Below the pieces are notes generated by a model. The model was given only the letters and a program-made list of their open reading frames with translations. It was not told where the DNA came from and searched no databases. Positions 1 to 13,010 of a stretch of DNA of 64,000 bases are shown here, piece by piece; within the stretch, counting starts at the first letter, position 1; every line of letters begins with the position of its first letter. The translations under genes and the position numbers were made by a program. Source of the DNA: Octopus sinensis (Eukaryota); assembly GCF_006345805.1 (NCBI RefSeq), contig NC_043017.1, positions 16,492,001 to 16,556,000 on the forward strand. Reading direction: 5' to 3'.

Positions 1-129
1 CGACGAAGAGCTCTGCTCGAAACGTTAAACCCTCCTTCTTTCCTTCCTTCCTGAGCTTCCAATAATACTATATTTGTTCCACGTCCTCGCGTTGTGTTTT
101 CTCTTTGTGTTTTCATGTTTGGATTAACT

Positions 130-130
<1 letters not shown>
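1..130 (+). mobile_element. Penelope-like (PLE) terminal fragment with minimal hammerhead-like motif
   Basis: (C)CGACGA-A-GAGC-TCT-GCTC-GAAAC-GTT-AAAC at 1-30, followed by a pyrimidine-rich tail running into (TA)n. A near-identical copy lies on the minus strand at 28430-28620. Confidence 0.6.
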
Positions 131-192
<62 letters not shown>

Positions 193-361
193 TGCAAATA
201 AAAAAAGGCTATTTATGACAGGTAACGACAAATATATACATTTAGATTGACTGAGGTAGTAATACGAGTCATAAAAGTCATTATTATGAGATGATTATAA
301 GGTGATAATAAAGTAAGAGAACAAAACGGACCATGGTTTACATGAAGCTATTCATCCTTTG

Positions 362-431
<70 letters not shown>

Positions 432-1177
432 CGGCGTACGTACACTTTGGTCTCTTATATGTAAGTATATATTTATCTAAATCTTGTACGACTCTATTCT
501 TTTATTCTTTCCTTCGTTCTATCAGCCCTTTCACGTTTATTTCTTTCATTCCACACATCGTTCTTTCGTTTCCCCTCTCTCACATTTCATTGCCTTCTCT
601 TCATGCTCACTTTCCCTCCGATTTTCACTTCACTGTGTCCCTGTCACTTTTCTCACCCTTCCTTATTTCTTCTCTACCTCTCTCTCTTCTCTCCCCGCAT
701 GACCGGTGTTCGGCCAAGCCTGACCTTTCTTTCTTCGTTCGGCCGTTGTCTGTGAAACATCTATAGTCTCCCCTGTGCCTGTAAAATCTTGTATCCCTAC
801 CGTAAGGCTTTACTTCCACACACGCCAGCTTAATTTAATTTGTCCTTAGTCGAAAGACACCTGTTGTTATGTCCTGTTATCTGTATTTGTGTAACTTTCT
901 CCGTTTTTTTCCGCCCTTGTTTTCATATACATTCGCTGCTTTCTTCCAAGAATCTAATGCTCTTAGCTTAATTTTTCCTTGGGGTTAGCCAGATTGGAAC
1001 AATCTAGAGTATAACCAGCCGAAATTGCAACGATAATCTGGAACTCGACTGAGGAAAGAAAACTCCGAATGATCCGTCCTTGTGTTTTTTCTATCATCTG
1101 TCTGGATGTTTTGTTGCCCCTTTCTTGTATCACCTAACTGTCTGGATGTTTTGCGTTCTTGTCCCATTTTGTATTTA

Positions 1178-1219
<42 letters not shown>

Positions 1220-1248
1220 GTGTGTGTGTGTGTCTGTGTATGAATATA

Positions 1249-1400
1249 GGCGCAGGAGTGGCTGTGTGATAAGTAGTTTGCTTATAAACCACATGGTTCC
1301 GGGTTCAGTCCCAATGTATGGTATTTTGAGCAAATGTCTTCTATAGTCTCGGGTCGGCCAAAGCCTTGTGAGTGGGTTGGTAGAAGGAAACTGAAAGAAG
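1249..1400 (+). mobile_element. tRNA-derived SINE, family A (3'-truncated)
   Basis: Head GGCGCAGGAGTGGCTGTGTG with A-box-like and B-box-like (GGGTTCAGTCCC) motifs; matches the minus-strand copy at 2857-3263. Confidence 0.85.
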
Positions 1401-1409
1401 CTGAAAGAC

Positions 1410-1489
1410 CTCGTCCAATATTCGCGGTTTTGCACTATTTGCGGGTGCTCTAGGAACGTAAACCCCGCAAATACCGGGAGACTACTGTA
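1410..1489. mobile_element. Tigger/pogo-like MITE terminus
   Basis: Ends ...CCGCAAATACCGGGAGACTACTG-TA; a similar terminus (...CCGCAATAGTCGAGGGATTACTG) is at 6565-6610. Confidence 0.5.
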
Positions 1490-2856
1490 TTAGTTAGTTC
1501 AAGCGCATGCAGCAGAGATCTATCAGGCAGGTGGCTGCGTAATGATGCGTGTGTGCATACAGCTCTTCGTTGCAAGTCACTTGCCCAAGGTGCCACAAAG
1601 TGAGATCTATGAGGTTGGGACGGATGTAAGCTTTTTCATTCTTCCTGGGCGTCAAACTAATACACCTGCTTGATCTCTTACCTGTCTTGGTTTTTTTTTT
1701 TTTGCTTTCTGAAAATTTGAACTATATATTACATACACCCACGTGGTTACACCAGTTTGATCCTCCCTAACTGAACTTCCTCCTCTCCTGGACTCTCATC
1801 TCTCTTACCTTCTCCTTGAACTTTCGGTACTTCTTCCCATCCATCCAACCATCACTCCGCCCGGACTACTATTGGATCTTTGTATTTTTCGGACTCTACC
1901 TCTATGCAGCTCATGGCCTCCATTCGCCACCAATATTGTAATATCTTTTCCTATATGGACCACACACAAACACTCACTCATATGCATACAAAGACATATA
2001 CTCACGCTTACACACACGTACATGTACATATAACAGACCACAAATACACAGAGATGCAGTCAGTCACACACAGTACACGACACACAAAGAACCTCACACA
2101 GTGAAACTACTTCTCCATACCACTCAAACACACATACCAGCAAGCACACAGACACACCACAGTCCACGCATTCACTTTCCTATAAAAAAAATTACCTCAA
2201 TTAATCTACTCTTTACTTCGGCCAGTCAGCGGCTAAACGTGTAGACCACGTGCCTTCTCTCGCCAGAATAGTTTCTTTTTTAATTATTTCGCCCTTTCTT
2301 CTTCCTTCTTTTCCAGTTCTCTCGGTCCTCCCCACTTTTCCCTCTATCCCAAGCAGGACAATATCCGTAACTTATAGCCATTAACTTTTTTCATTTCCCT
2401 GACTGTCAAGCTAATAGCGTTGCTTGAGAACGTACGCCGTCCTTTTTGTGGGCTTTTTTTGTCGTTTGTTTCTGTTCCTCGCTGTGTGCGTGCGTATATG
2501 TGAGTATATGTGCGTGTATGTATGTATGTATGTATGTATGTATGTGTGAGAGTGTGTGTGTGTGTGTGTGCATATAAACATGTATATATATATATATATA
2601 TATGCGTGTGTATGTATATAAAGATATTGATAGATGTAAGTATATGTACATGAGTATATGAATATATAAGTATATGTGTGTATATATGTATAACAATATG
2701 TGTATATACAAGCACACGTATACAAACACATATACAACAATAAAGAATGCTTATTGATTAGTTTTGGAGTATGTAACTTTTACTAAAACAATGTAATTAC
2801 TAAAGTCTATACTATCTGGAAAATTCTTTAAAATTCTAATTTTAATACATATATGG

Positions 2857-3263
2857 TTACTCTTTTACTTGTTTCAGTCATTTGACTGCGGCCATGCTGG
2901 AGCACCGCCTTTAGTCGAGCAAATCGACCCCAGGACTTATTCTTTGGAAGCCCAGTACTTATTCTATCGGTCTCTTTTGCCGAACTGCTAAGTTACGGGG
3001 AAGTAAATACACCAGCATCGGTTGTCAAGCGATGTTGCGGGGACAAACACAGACACACAAACATATACATACACATACATATGCAAATATATACATATAT
3101 ACGACGGACTTCTTTCAGTTTCCGTCTACCAAATCCACTCACAAGGTTCGGTCGGCCCGAGGCTATAGTAGAAGACTCTTGCCCAAGATGCCACGCAGTG
3201 GGAATGAACCCGGGACCATGTGGTTTGTAAGCAAGCTACTTACCACACAGCCGCTCCTACGCC
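2857..3263 (-). mobile_element. tRNA-derived SINE, family A (full length)
   Basis: Reverse complement of the 1249 head with a CTTGGGCAAG core, an internal CA/TA microsatellite and a GAGTAA-type tail. Confidence 0.85.
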
Positions 3264-3814
3264 TAAAGATAACTAATTTTAATTCACTGCGAGACCTCGT
3301 TCCCTTTTTGTCTTTTTAATCTCTCTGTGTCTCTCTCGCTGTCTCTCTATCTCTGTCCCTCCCCTCCTCTCTCTCTCTCTCACTCTTTTTCTCTCTTACA
3401 CTTAGGACTGTGACATGAAATTCCTTTGCTGAGAACTCCTTTCGTGTTAACGTAGTTCATACGATTAACGAGAATAAAAACTTATTATTTTCCATCTCTG
3501 TACAGTTGTAGTTGTATGCCTATGTAGGTTATTAATATTAAAATATGCAAATATAAATATCGACGGAAGAGTAATGCAGAACAAATCAGTTATATAATCA
3601 CGTGTTCAAACCTACAGTAAGTTTTTCAACATGATTTTTGTTTCCAGTTCATATACACAGCACACGTGCATTCCATTTCCCCGCCAAGCAGAGTAACGAA
3701 ATCTTCTGATAAACAGATATACAATAAATAGAGGACGTTTGTGTGGTTAAGTTAACAGAATACCTGATTTCTTCATAAATTCTAATGTCTTTGAGTTCTT
3801 GCTATTATTCTAAA

Positions 3815-4177
3815 CTAGCAGTATCGCCCGGGGTTGCTCGGGTTTTTTTCGACCCTTTAGAATTGGAATTTTTGAAAAGTAGATATTTTGCATTATGTAG
3901 CTTGTTATTCTTTTTAAGTGAACATTTTTCTGGTTGAAATACACCGAAAAAATAGGGATTTTCATAGAAAAAAAAGCACCTTTTTGATGTAAATAATATT
4001 TGGTGTTTAACATGGTCCGATTTGAATTTTTCCTTCTACGGAAGGAAGAGCAAGCCTTCTCCTATCATACTCTCAATTTTGATCAACTTGCACCATAGGG
4101 TCTCGGAGGAAATAGTGTTAGTTGAAGGCTACCAAACCTGCCATACACAGACAACTTCAACTTTATAAATAGAGAGA
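3815..4177 (-). mobile_element. Non-autonomous Helitron
   Basis: On the minus strand it begins A|TCTCTCTATTTATAAAG and ends with the hairpin CCCG-AGCAACCC-CGGG followed by CGATACTGCTAG|T. This gives the canonical 5'-TC, 3'-CTAG and A/T insertion site. Confidence 0.75.
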
Positions 4178-4179
4178 TT

Positions 4180-5464
4180 TATTGATTGTGTAACTGTTAT
4201 TAGCTGAATAAAGAATACAAAAAAAAAAAATTAATGATAGCATACCTGAAAAATTACACAATTTGGAGTAATATTATTTCGGTGTATCCTGCTTGTATTT
4301 TGACTGGATTTAGCACAAGATGTTTACGGAAAACAATTCCTTATACATATGTGTATCGAAATTCCGCGCCCCAACATAAATAGACCACTCTCAATTCACC
4401 TAGGATTTGGCTTAAGCCAGCGATAAACGTGACACACACTCAGCTGGAAAAATCAATACTTTGTCAGCTGTGGCGAGCTCTTATCGACTGCTTGCACAGT
4501 ACTGCCAGCAGTATTCATTTGCGAGTTACGGTTTGCCCCTGTTTTCACGTGAGCGCTCTTTTTCATATAATTATCTCAACTTAAACTAGCCACTTCAGAA
4601 CTCTTTCCCAAAATTAAAAATCCTTAATTCGGTCTGTTTGATTAACATTTTTGCCAACTACATTTTACAATTTTTGGGGGGCTACACATTCACCGCTTTT
4701 TCCTTAGGACTTTTTCTATTGCGCAAACTGATAATATTCCACCATGCCTCCACGCAAAAGATCCAATATAGCTCGGCAAACAAATGCTGCAAAGAAAAGT
4801 AAACGTATGCATGCAAATGAATCGAACGAGGACGCCAACAGGAGGAACTCACTCAGTGCACTTAGGATGGTTTCAGCGCGAAGAAGGGAAAGTGAAGAGC
4901 AGCGTTGTGATCGGTTAGCACGTATTGCTGCGCAACGGGTCACCCAGAGCAACGAGCAACGTTCAGCACGCCGAACAAGAAATGCTTCCTCAACTGCTGC
5001 TGCACGAGCGGCGGAGACTGCAGCATAACTCGCAGTTCGACTCACAAGAGATGCTTCCTCAACTGCTGCTGCACGAGCTGTAGAGACTGCAGTACAACGC
5101 GCAGTTCAACTTACAACCCAGCGAAACAGCAGGTAAACATACTATTTCTCTTTATGTCATATCTTTAGGCTCAACCTTTCCATCTGCTAAACAGCGCACG
5201 TCAGTAGTTATGTGATAAGGAAAATAAACTCAATTACAGCCGGTTTTTTACAGATCGACCTACTGCCCCAATGGAAAACAATGACAACGGTGTGCGCGTA
5301 TTACTCTGCATGTTCACTATTTCACTAAATAAATCAAACAACGCAGGGAACATTTGCCATTATGATTTCTTTCACTCATTTCAGAGGTGCATCCGTGAAT
5401 GGTCTAATAACTAAACAGGCATACTTAACAAACAGCCCCGGGCAACGCCGGGTATGCCTGCTAG
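4180..5464 (+). mobile_element. Internally deleted Helitron with N-terminal ORF relic (5' boundary uncertain)
   Basis: 3' end CCCGGGCAACGCCGGG-TATGCCTG-CTAG|T at 5437-5464; contains the ORF at 4744. Confidence 0.7.
4744..5132 (+). pseudogene. Helitron Rep/helicase N-terminus with 23-aa STPR-like repeats; premature stop at 5026-5028
   Basis: MPPRKRSNIARQ...ESEEQRCDRLA...; a 69-nt tandem repeat at ~4975-5112 continues past the TAA; splice-donor-like CAG|GTAAAC at ~5133. Confidence 0.6.
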
Positions 5465-5496
<32 letters not shown>

Positions 5497-5587
5497 ATAT
5501 ATGTTTGTATGTATATATAACTACTTATCTCTATGCATACACATATACATACATATGCGTGTCATGGAACCTTAACTCCTTGCTGAG

Positions 5588-5619
5588 TTTATAATATAAA
5601 TCCCGTTCTGTGTGTGTAT

Positions 5620-5658
<39 letters not shown>

Positions 5659-6350
5659 GTATTTGTATGTGTGTGTAAAAGATTATAGCAGCCGTATTTT
5701 TCAACTGATTTTCTCCAAACTGGGAGCATTCATTACTTATGTTCCAGGGATGATTTTAGACTCTTAAAATTTTTCATATAATGAGTAACGGGCCCCCAGT
5801 GGGGGGCAGAAAACGCCCGTTCCTGGGTTACGTGGAGAAGAGAGGTAACATTAGATTCACGTCTTTCAAAGATTTTAAAAATATTTACTTCCGGTTTTCT
5901 GGCGCCAGTGACGTATAGACGTCTATCTATATATTTCTAGCCATCTATGTCTATCTCTATCTCTCTATATCTCTCTATCTATATCTATCTCTATATCATT
6001 CTATCTATCTCTCTATATTTCTTTATCTATCTCTATCGCTATATCCATCTATCTATCTCTGTATCTATCTGTTTATACCTTCTCTATCTGTATCTATCTT
6101 ATTTGTCTAACTAGCTATCTCTCTCTCCCCCTCTCTCCATATCTCACTCAGTCTCTATAGTTTTCACTTTCATTTTTCAGACGCTATTGTTTTCACTTTA
6201 AGTTCAATCGCTATTTTTTTCTCTCTCTAAGTTTTCAATCGCTATTTACAAACAACGACAAATTACTGACAGAAAGATGTTCACAATTACTGATGAAAGT
6301 AATTTCATACGTAATTTATTGACAGAATTTTCACGCCTAAAAGTTCATAA
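5588..6350 (+). mobile_element. Probable non-autonomous Helitron/DINE-like 5' portion
   Basis: TATAATATAAATCCCGTTCTG(TG)n start followed by an internal (TCTA)-rich tract; no 3' CTAG end recognised. Confidence 0.4.
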
Positions 6351-6829
6351 ATTAATGAATAAAAATACAGTACAGTACTGCACTGTATAATACATTAATT
6401 AAATAGAAAATACGTAGTGTACCGTCGATGAGTAAACAAAGAATCGTACATACTGTACGGAAAACAAAACTCGGGAGGCGAGTGTGTGTGGTGTTGTTTT
6501 GCATTTATAATAAAATATATACAAATTTAAAAAGTAATAAAAAATGTACAGTACAGTATTGTTTCAGGGGTTTTTGGAACGTAACAACCGCAATAGTCGA
6601 GGGATTACTGCGTGTGTGTGTATTCATACACACACACACACATACACACACACACAAACACGACAGGAACAAAGACAGACAGATAGACAGATAGCTAGTT
6701 GTTAATGCTTATGCATTCGAACATTAATTGAAGTGTCATTCATTAACTTTCACATGGAAAAGTTTGACAGTGACTCCGAATTTCGGCTTAGTTGCCTTCG
6801 CCAGTTGGTAAAATGCCGTTGGTTCAAAT

Positions 6830-7227
6830 ATTCTTTTCAACTCTAGGCACAAGACCCGAACTTTTGGGGGAGGAGGCCAGTCGAGTAGATGGACCCCAGT
6901 ACGCAACTGGTACTTAATTTATCGATCCTGAAAGGATGAAAGGCAAAGTCGACCTCGCGGAATTTGAACTCAGAACGTAACGGCAGACGAAATACCTATT
7001 TCTTTACTACCCACAAGGGGCTAAATGCAGAGGGGACAGACAAGGACAGACATAGGTATTAAGTCGATTATATCGATCCCAGTGCGCAATTGGTACTTTA
7101 TTTATCGACCCCGAAAGGATGAAAGGCAAAGTCGACCTCGGCAGAATTTGAACTCACAACGTAGCGGCAGACGAAATACCACTAACCATTTCGCCCGGCG
7201 TGCTAACGTTTCTGCCAGCTCGCCGCC
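6830..7227 (-). mobile_element. Two adjacent tRNA-derived SINEs, family B (one complete at ~6998-7227, one partial)
   Basis: Head GGCGGCGAGCTGGCAGAAACGTTAGC...GAGTTCAAATTC and core GTCGACTTTGCCTTTCATCCTTTC(G/A)GG present twice; matches 21298-21528. Confidence 0.85.
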
Positions 7228-7559
7228 TTCGTTGGTTCAAATAGCGTCATGCTTACAACATTCTATGTAGTTCGAAGTCATTCATCTCGCAACAAGGAAA
7301 CTCATTAAGGTTTAGATAGAATGAATTTAACTTGAGACACTGCTCTTTCTACCTTCTGTGTGTATGTGTTCGCGCGCGCGCTTCCATCAGTTCTCTTTTC
7401 TCAAATGTCTCCTTATTCTCCCACAAGATTCTTCGTTCTTCCTTTCTGCTTTTCGAATATTTGCTTCTGATGCATTTTCATTTGTCTTTATGATGTTATT
7501 CTCAATGGAATCGGCATTTTGAAAATCCACTAAAATTTGTGATGTTACCAAGCAATTCT

Positions 7560-8560
7560 TTATATCAAGTGCAAATGAATTTCTCGTACCTGCGTCGGGG
7601 TTAAGTTTTCTCTAATCATAACACTTTTTTTTTTATATATATACTTCAGTTCTTATTTACTCTCAAATTCTGCCTGAATTTATTTGTCATCAGAATTGCC
7701 AGCAAAATTGTCGGCTTCACAGTCCACAGCCTTATTTTGCGATTGAATTTTCCCCGTTGACTAGAATGTGATCCAGTTATGCCCTAGTGTTATTTAGGTA
7801 TTTTTAACATCCACAGCTTGCTTTTTCTCTTTGAGTATTGTACACCTAAATCGATAATTACACATTCTATTTGAAATTTCGATTGGTAAGCTAGTGAAAG
7901 GTTGTTCCCTTAACATTTTTGCATTTCTAGCACATCCAATAATTTTAAACTTGTGTTTTAGGAACTGCTTTACTTAGGATCATTGAAAACTGAACCATGT
8001 TTCCTTCATTTATAGAGCAATAGCATAAGATTGCAGTTTATAAAACGAATGATGCTTTCAACTTAATTCAAAGCTTTATAGGTCCTTGGACTTGGGAGTA
8101 ATCTTGTACTTCTGATGGCTGAATTGTTTCCAGCTTATTATTACGAACTTTTGAGAAGCATCTTTCTTTTTCTCGTGTTTTTATGACGAACGGTAGCATT
8201 TTCATGGATGATCCGATGTTCTCGTTTGCAGATTACCTCATTGCATTGCTCTTCTGCCAAAGCAGTGATGTCGCCCAAATATCGATTTCAGGATCCGATT
8301 GAAAGTTGAAATATGTTTTTACACTTTAAAAACCTTAAGCCATTAATGTCTTGTTTCAGTTCGTTCGTGCTATTTATTGAAGAAAGCAACCCTTCACAAC
8401 GAATGGCACCGTCTTTGGGGAATGGTCGCTTAGGTTCTATTTGTTGTTTGACAATGAGAAATGTTAGCAAGTCTTGAAAGTCACCGCTGAGTTCAACGAA
8501 AAGGTTGAATTCATGCTAATATAGATAGAGATAGAGTCGGTTATTGTTTACCTTCGATTA
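7560..8560 (-). pseudogene. Highly decayed DNA-transposase relic, possibly hAT
   Basis: Fragmentary minus-strand translations (FLKHKFK, LAILMT, RENLTPTQVRE) weakly resemble the hAT LDPRFK and C-terminal dimerisation motifs. Confidence 0.3.
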
Positions 8561-8703
8561 GCGAAAGATCGAACATAGCAGTTTGTCGACACTCGTCATT
8601 CATAGTTGCTCATTGAGAGAATATTGCTTGTTTTCTGAAGCATTTCAGATATTTCTTCATCCCGAAAAGAATCTTCAAGCTCTTGTTTATAGGTTTCATC
8701 TAG

Positions 8704-10205
8704 TTGGGGTTTTTTTTCAAACTTCGGTTGGAATTGCATGATTTTGGCGGGATTGTTTCAATTGTTCCAAAGAGAAGAAAGCATTCTAAACGTTCGGGCA
8801 CCATAAGAACAATGCAATTCATCCAACGGATTCAAAACATTATTGACGATGATCCCGGAAAATCAATGAGGGCCGTCGCCAAAGAATTTCAGACGTTAAA
8901 GTGGACTATCAGAACTGTGGTGCGTGAAGACATTCGATACAAGTCGTATATATTGAGAAGCCAATGGGGAAACCGTTTGATCCGTGACAAGCTGTTATCT
9001 AACAAAATTAACCCCCCCCCCACGAACATAGAATGCTTAGGTTCTTCTTTGATGAGAAAAAATTCGACCAAAGCAGGAGAAATGACAGATGGTTACGTAC
9101 AAATTCTACTGATGTCCCCCAAAGTGATGCACACTAAGTGTCCCACAGCTGTGAAGGTTTTAAGAGTAGTGAGTAACAAAGGGTATGGCTTTAAATTGCA
9201 TCCAGTAGTGAGGCCCTAGTTAGGGAATTCCACAGTTTTGAGGAATCCGGAATCAACTCAGCCATGAGTTAATTAGCCAGCCGGTCGGGCAGATGGAACT
9301 CGTCAACCTGAGGGTGAAACGATCCATCCGGGAGAAAAAAAATTCTGATTCCAAATCTCCGTTGCATCACAGACATAGTCATGGGAAAGGCTTCGGCAGT
9401 TAAGCCTAAAGGAAAATCCAGAATCATGGGAAAGGCTTCGGGAGTTAAGCCTGAAGGAAAATCGAGAATCGCATCCCCCGGAGCAGTTAGAAGTTGTCTT
9501 TAACTTTATTGCCATCGCTCCTGCGACGGCGCTGTTGCCAAATTGTAACAGTTGTGTTGTTCCTTTGGATCCATCGGTGACCTGGAGAGTGGAAGAGACG
9601 CTGCGTGAGCAACTGCCTGTCTTCCATCGCATACTACCCAGGCCTTGACCTATTGAACACCTTATACTTGAAGGCACTAACTCCACAGACAACACTGTTA
9701 CAGTAGAGCGGACAACCAAGACCCTCATTCACGGACATTAATGACAGACGGAGGTCGTAGAGAAGTAACAAACAACATGTCATGCCACCTCACAACTCTT
9801 TCCACGGGGTCCTAAAATTAATGCTGCTGGATTCATTAAGATACTGGAGACAATTAAGCCTTGGATGATAGAAGTTCATAATGGGTGGTCATACGTGTTT
9901 CAACAAGAATCAGCGCCTCTCACGGAGTCCACGTAACCCAAGAATGGGTGTCAAACAATCTTTACGATTCTATAACAACAAACATGTGACCTCAAAGCTC
10001 GCCAGATTTAAATCCTATGGACTTCGTTTAGGGAGTTGTTGAAAAGGATGGGGGGTGTAATTAACATCCTCACAAATCCATAGCTTTCTTGAAAGCTGCC
10101 ATTGTCCAGGTTAAGTCCGAAATGAATAAGGATTATTTAATGCAGGCATAACGATTCAGGTCCCGCACCGCAGCAGTCAGAGAAGACGAAGGCGGATTCA
10201 TAGAA
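8704..10205 (+). pseudogene. Tc1/mariner DD37D (maT-like) transposase relic interrupted by an insertion
   Basis: IQNIIDDDPGKSMRAVAKE..TIRTVVREDIRYKSY; VMHTKCP..VVSNK/HVMPPH; YVFQQESAP; PQSSPDLNPMD. Multiple frameshifts and stops. Confidence 0.75.
9181..9763 (+). mobile_element. 583-bp insertion resembling an RTE LINE 5' UTR
   Basis: Flanked by the direct repeat AGTAACAAA (9172-9180 and 9764-9772); the transposase frame resumes after it. Contains GGGCAGATGGAACTCGTCAACCTG and a duplicated CATGGGAAAGGCTTCGG motif. Confidence 0.55.
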
Positions 10206-10344
10206 TAAGCGTATAAGAAAGCTTACTGAAATCACGTGCACAAATCTTTATTGGAATACAGTTGGTTTTTGGTAGATCAGAGTTCTCTTTTTATTATTAA
10301 ATTACCAAATATGTCCTTAAATACATACATGCTCACACACACAC

Positions 10345-10690
10345 AGAAAATAAGCTAGATGCCTTTTGAGATGTGGATCTTATGTTTATTGGTCAGAATA
10401 AGCTGGAAAGACAGAGTAACATCGCTGCAGTACTAGAAAAGCTAAAAATCTAAAGAAACCTATTGTTAAGAACCAAGTCCACAAAGCTATCAAATTTTGG
10501 ACACACGATGCGCCACGAGGCATTCATTGTCCAAGACCATCCTGAGAGGAAGTGTGGAAGAGAAAAGAGCAAGAGACCCTCAAAGACGTTTGTCAGCATC
10601 AACGAAATGGACTCTGGATTCCAGAGCCTCGCTGATTGCACGCATGCGGCACAATAGCAGCGAAGAGTCTAAGCAAGCCGATCTCTGGAC
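10345..10690 (+). mobile_element. RTE-clade LINE 3' fragment
   Basis: KLDAFEMWI..RISWKDRVT and NFGHTMRH motifs typical of the RTE ORF C-terminus. Confidence 0.6.
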
Positions 10691-10767
10691 AGAGATGGAG
10701 CATCTGGCTGCTACCTCTGCTGCAGCAGATGCTAATGTGTGTGTGTGTGTGTGTGTGTGTATGCATG

Positions 10768-11071
10768 TGACCACCACGTGACCGACCAGACCATCAGATG
10801 TAGTTACACATCGCTGGTCACAATGCGCTCGCATTGTTTTAGCCTTCGAATGACGCCACCCCGCTGGCTAAGCGAGCAGGCCAACAGAAGAAAGAGTGGG
10901 AGAAAGAGTGGTGAAAGAGTACAGCAGGGATCACCCCCCCCCCTGTCGGAGCTTCGTGGAGCTTTTAGGTGTTTTCGCTCAATAAACACTCACAACGCCC
11001 GGTCTGGGAATCGAAACTGCGATCCTACGACCGCGAATCCGCTGCCCTAGCCACTGGGCCATTGCGCCTCC
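10768..11071 (-). mobile_element. tRNA-derived SINE, family C
   Basis: Minus strand GGAGGCGCAATGGCCCAGTGG...GTTTCGATTCCC with A and B boxes, then a unique body ending in microsatellite. Confidence 0.75.
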
Positions 11072-11892
11072 ATATGTATGTATGTACGTATGTATGTATA
11101 CAAGATTGTTCCAAGTACAAAAACGCATGGGGCATATTCGGATCCGTAAGGAAGCCATTCACATATTTTGTTATGGAGGAAATTTCTCGCTGCAGACAAA
11201 CTAGCTATAAATACACCGAGTCACTTCACAGCCTTCCCTACCGAGACTTTTGGATGCATGCATTTTGGAATGGTTATCTTCTTTCCTGCAACAGAGATCT
11301 GCTCAGCTTGAGCAGCATCGCGGGGATTCCGCTAAATGGATTTGTCTACTCATTTGTAAGTGAACTACAAGTTGATGCGGGTCTTTGCTGCAATTAGCGA
11401 CAAGGTTAAGATGCTGGATTACTATCTAAATGTTGAAACCTTACTTCTACTTGTGTCCTAGCAAGATGCAACAGTCTTCTTGATTCGGTGTTATTGATGA
11501 AAAACAGATTTCATTTTTATTTCACAGCCGAGTGGTTTCCAGAAGGGAAGACAGTTCGACATAAACGTAAACAACAAATCAACTCATATTGAATGCATGT
11601 AAAAAAACAATAACAACAACGTCAAAACAATGATATATGTATATAGCGGGGAAATCATATTTTGTTAGCTTCCAGGAACAAGTTGATTTTTAGGGAATCC
11701 CAGTTTATCACACTGGATATATCGAGGAGTAATCAATAACAGAAACCATGGTCTCTTAGATTCGCAAATTACGATGGAAAAAAATCTGGATTATACAGAA
11801 TTTTTTCGTTCTTTGTAACATATATATGTGAATGTATATTATAGAGAGAGATAAATATATATAGATAGATATATAACTATATAGATATATGA

Positions 11893-11944
<52 letters not shown>

Positions 11945-11982
11945 ACGCACACACAGAGGCATAGGTTTATATATATATGTAA

Positions 11983-12016
<34 letters not shown>

Positions 12017-12098
12017 GTAAATGTAATATGTGACAATTATTCGGTAGCCATGATAAAACTCCGAGTTTCGGAGTTATCAATATATATATATATATACA

Positions 12099-12376
12099 AC
12101 ACTTGCTGCGTGGAATGTGTTTATAAGCCATTTAAAAACACACAAAAACCGTTCGATTCACTTCAACATTTAAATTTAATATGTCAAAATATTTTCGTCT
12201 TTTTCAGACCGCGACCTCTTCACTGACAAAATGCAGCACGGAACTTTGTGAGTGAAGAGGTCGGGGTCTCAAAGCGACGAAAATATTTTGACAAATTAAA
12301 TTTAAATGTTGAAGTGAATCTAACGGTTTTTGTGTGTTTTCAAATGGCTTATAAACACCTTCCACGCTGCAAGTGT
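12099..12376. repeat. 278-bp palindrome with ~130-bp arms, each carrying a hammerhead-like fold
   Basis: ACACTTGCTGCGTGGAA...CACTGACAAA versus TTTGTGAGTG...TTCCACGCTGCAAGTGT, with a short central spacer. Confidence 0.85.
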
Positions 12377-12434
12377 GTTTGTTTCAGCACACGATCTCAG
12401 ATCAGGTCACTTGCTATGCAAGTACATCACCGTA

Positions 12435-12493
<59 letters not shown>

Positions 12494-12513
12494 CACGCAC
12501 GCACACAGACATA

Positions 12514-12579
<66 letters not shown>

Positions 12580-12629
12580 GATTTATATATCTATATATAC
12601 ATACCTAGTCATCATGTATACATGTACAC

Positions 12630-13010
12630 TCATGCATACATACATAGATACATACATACATACATACATACATACATGCATGCATGCATGCATGCATACA
12701 TACATACATACATACATACATACATACATACATACATACGTACGTACATACATACATACATATATACATACATACATACATACACACACACTCATACATA
12801 CATACATACATACATGCATGCATACATACATACATACATACATACATACATGCATACATACATACATACATACATACATACATACATACATACATACATA
12901 CATACATACATGCATGCATGCATACATACATACATACATACATACATACATACATGCATACATACATACATACATACATACATGCATACATACATGCATG
13001 CATACATTCA
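12630..13010. repeat. (TACA)n microsatellite
   Basis: Direct reading; it produces the HTYI/MYVC pseudo-ORFs. Confidence 0.95.
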
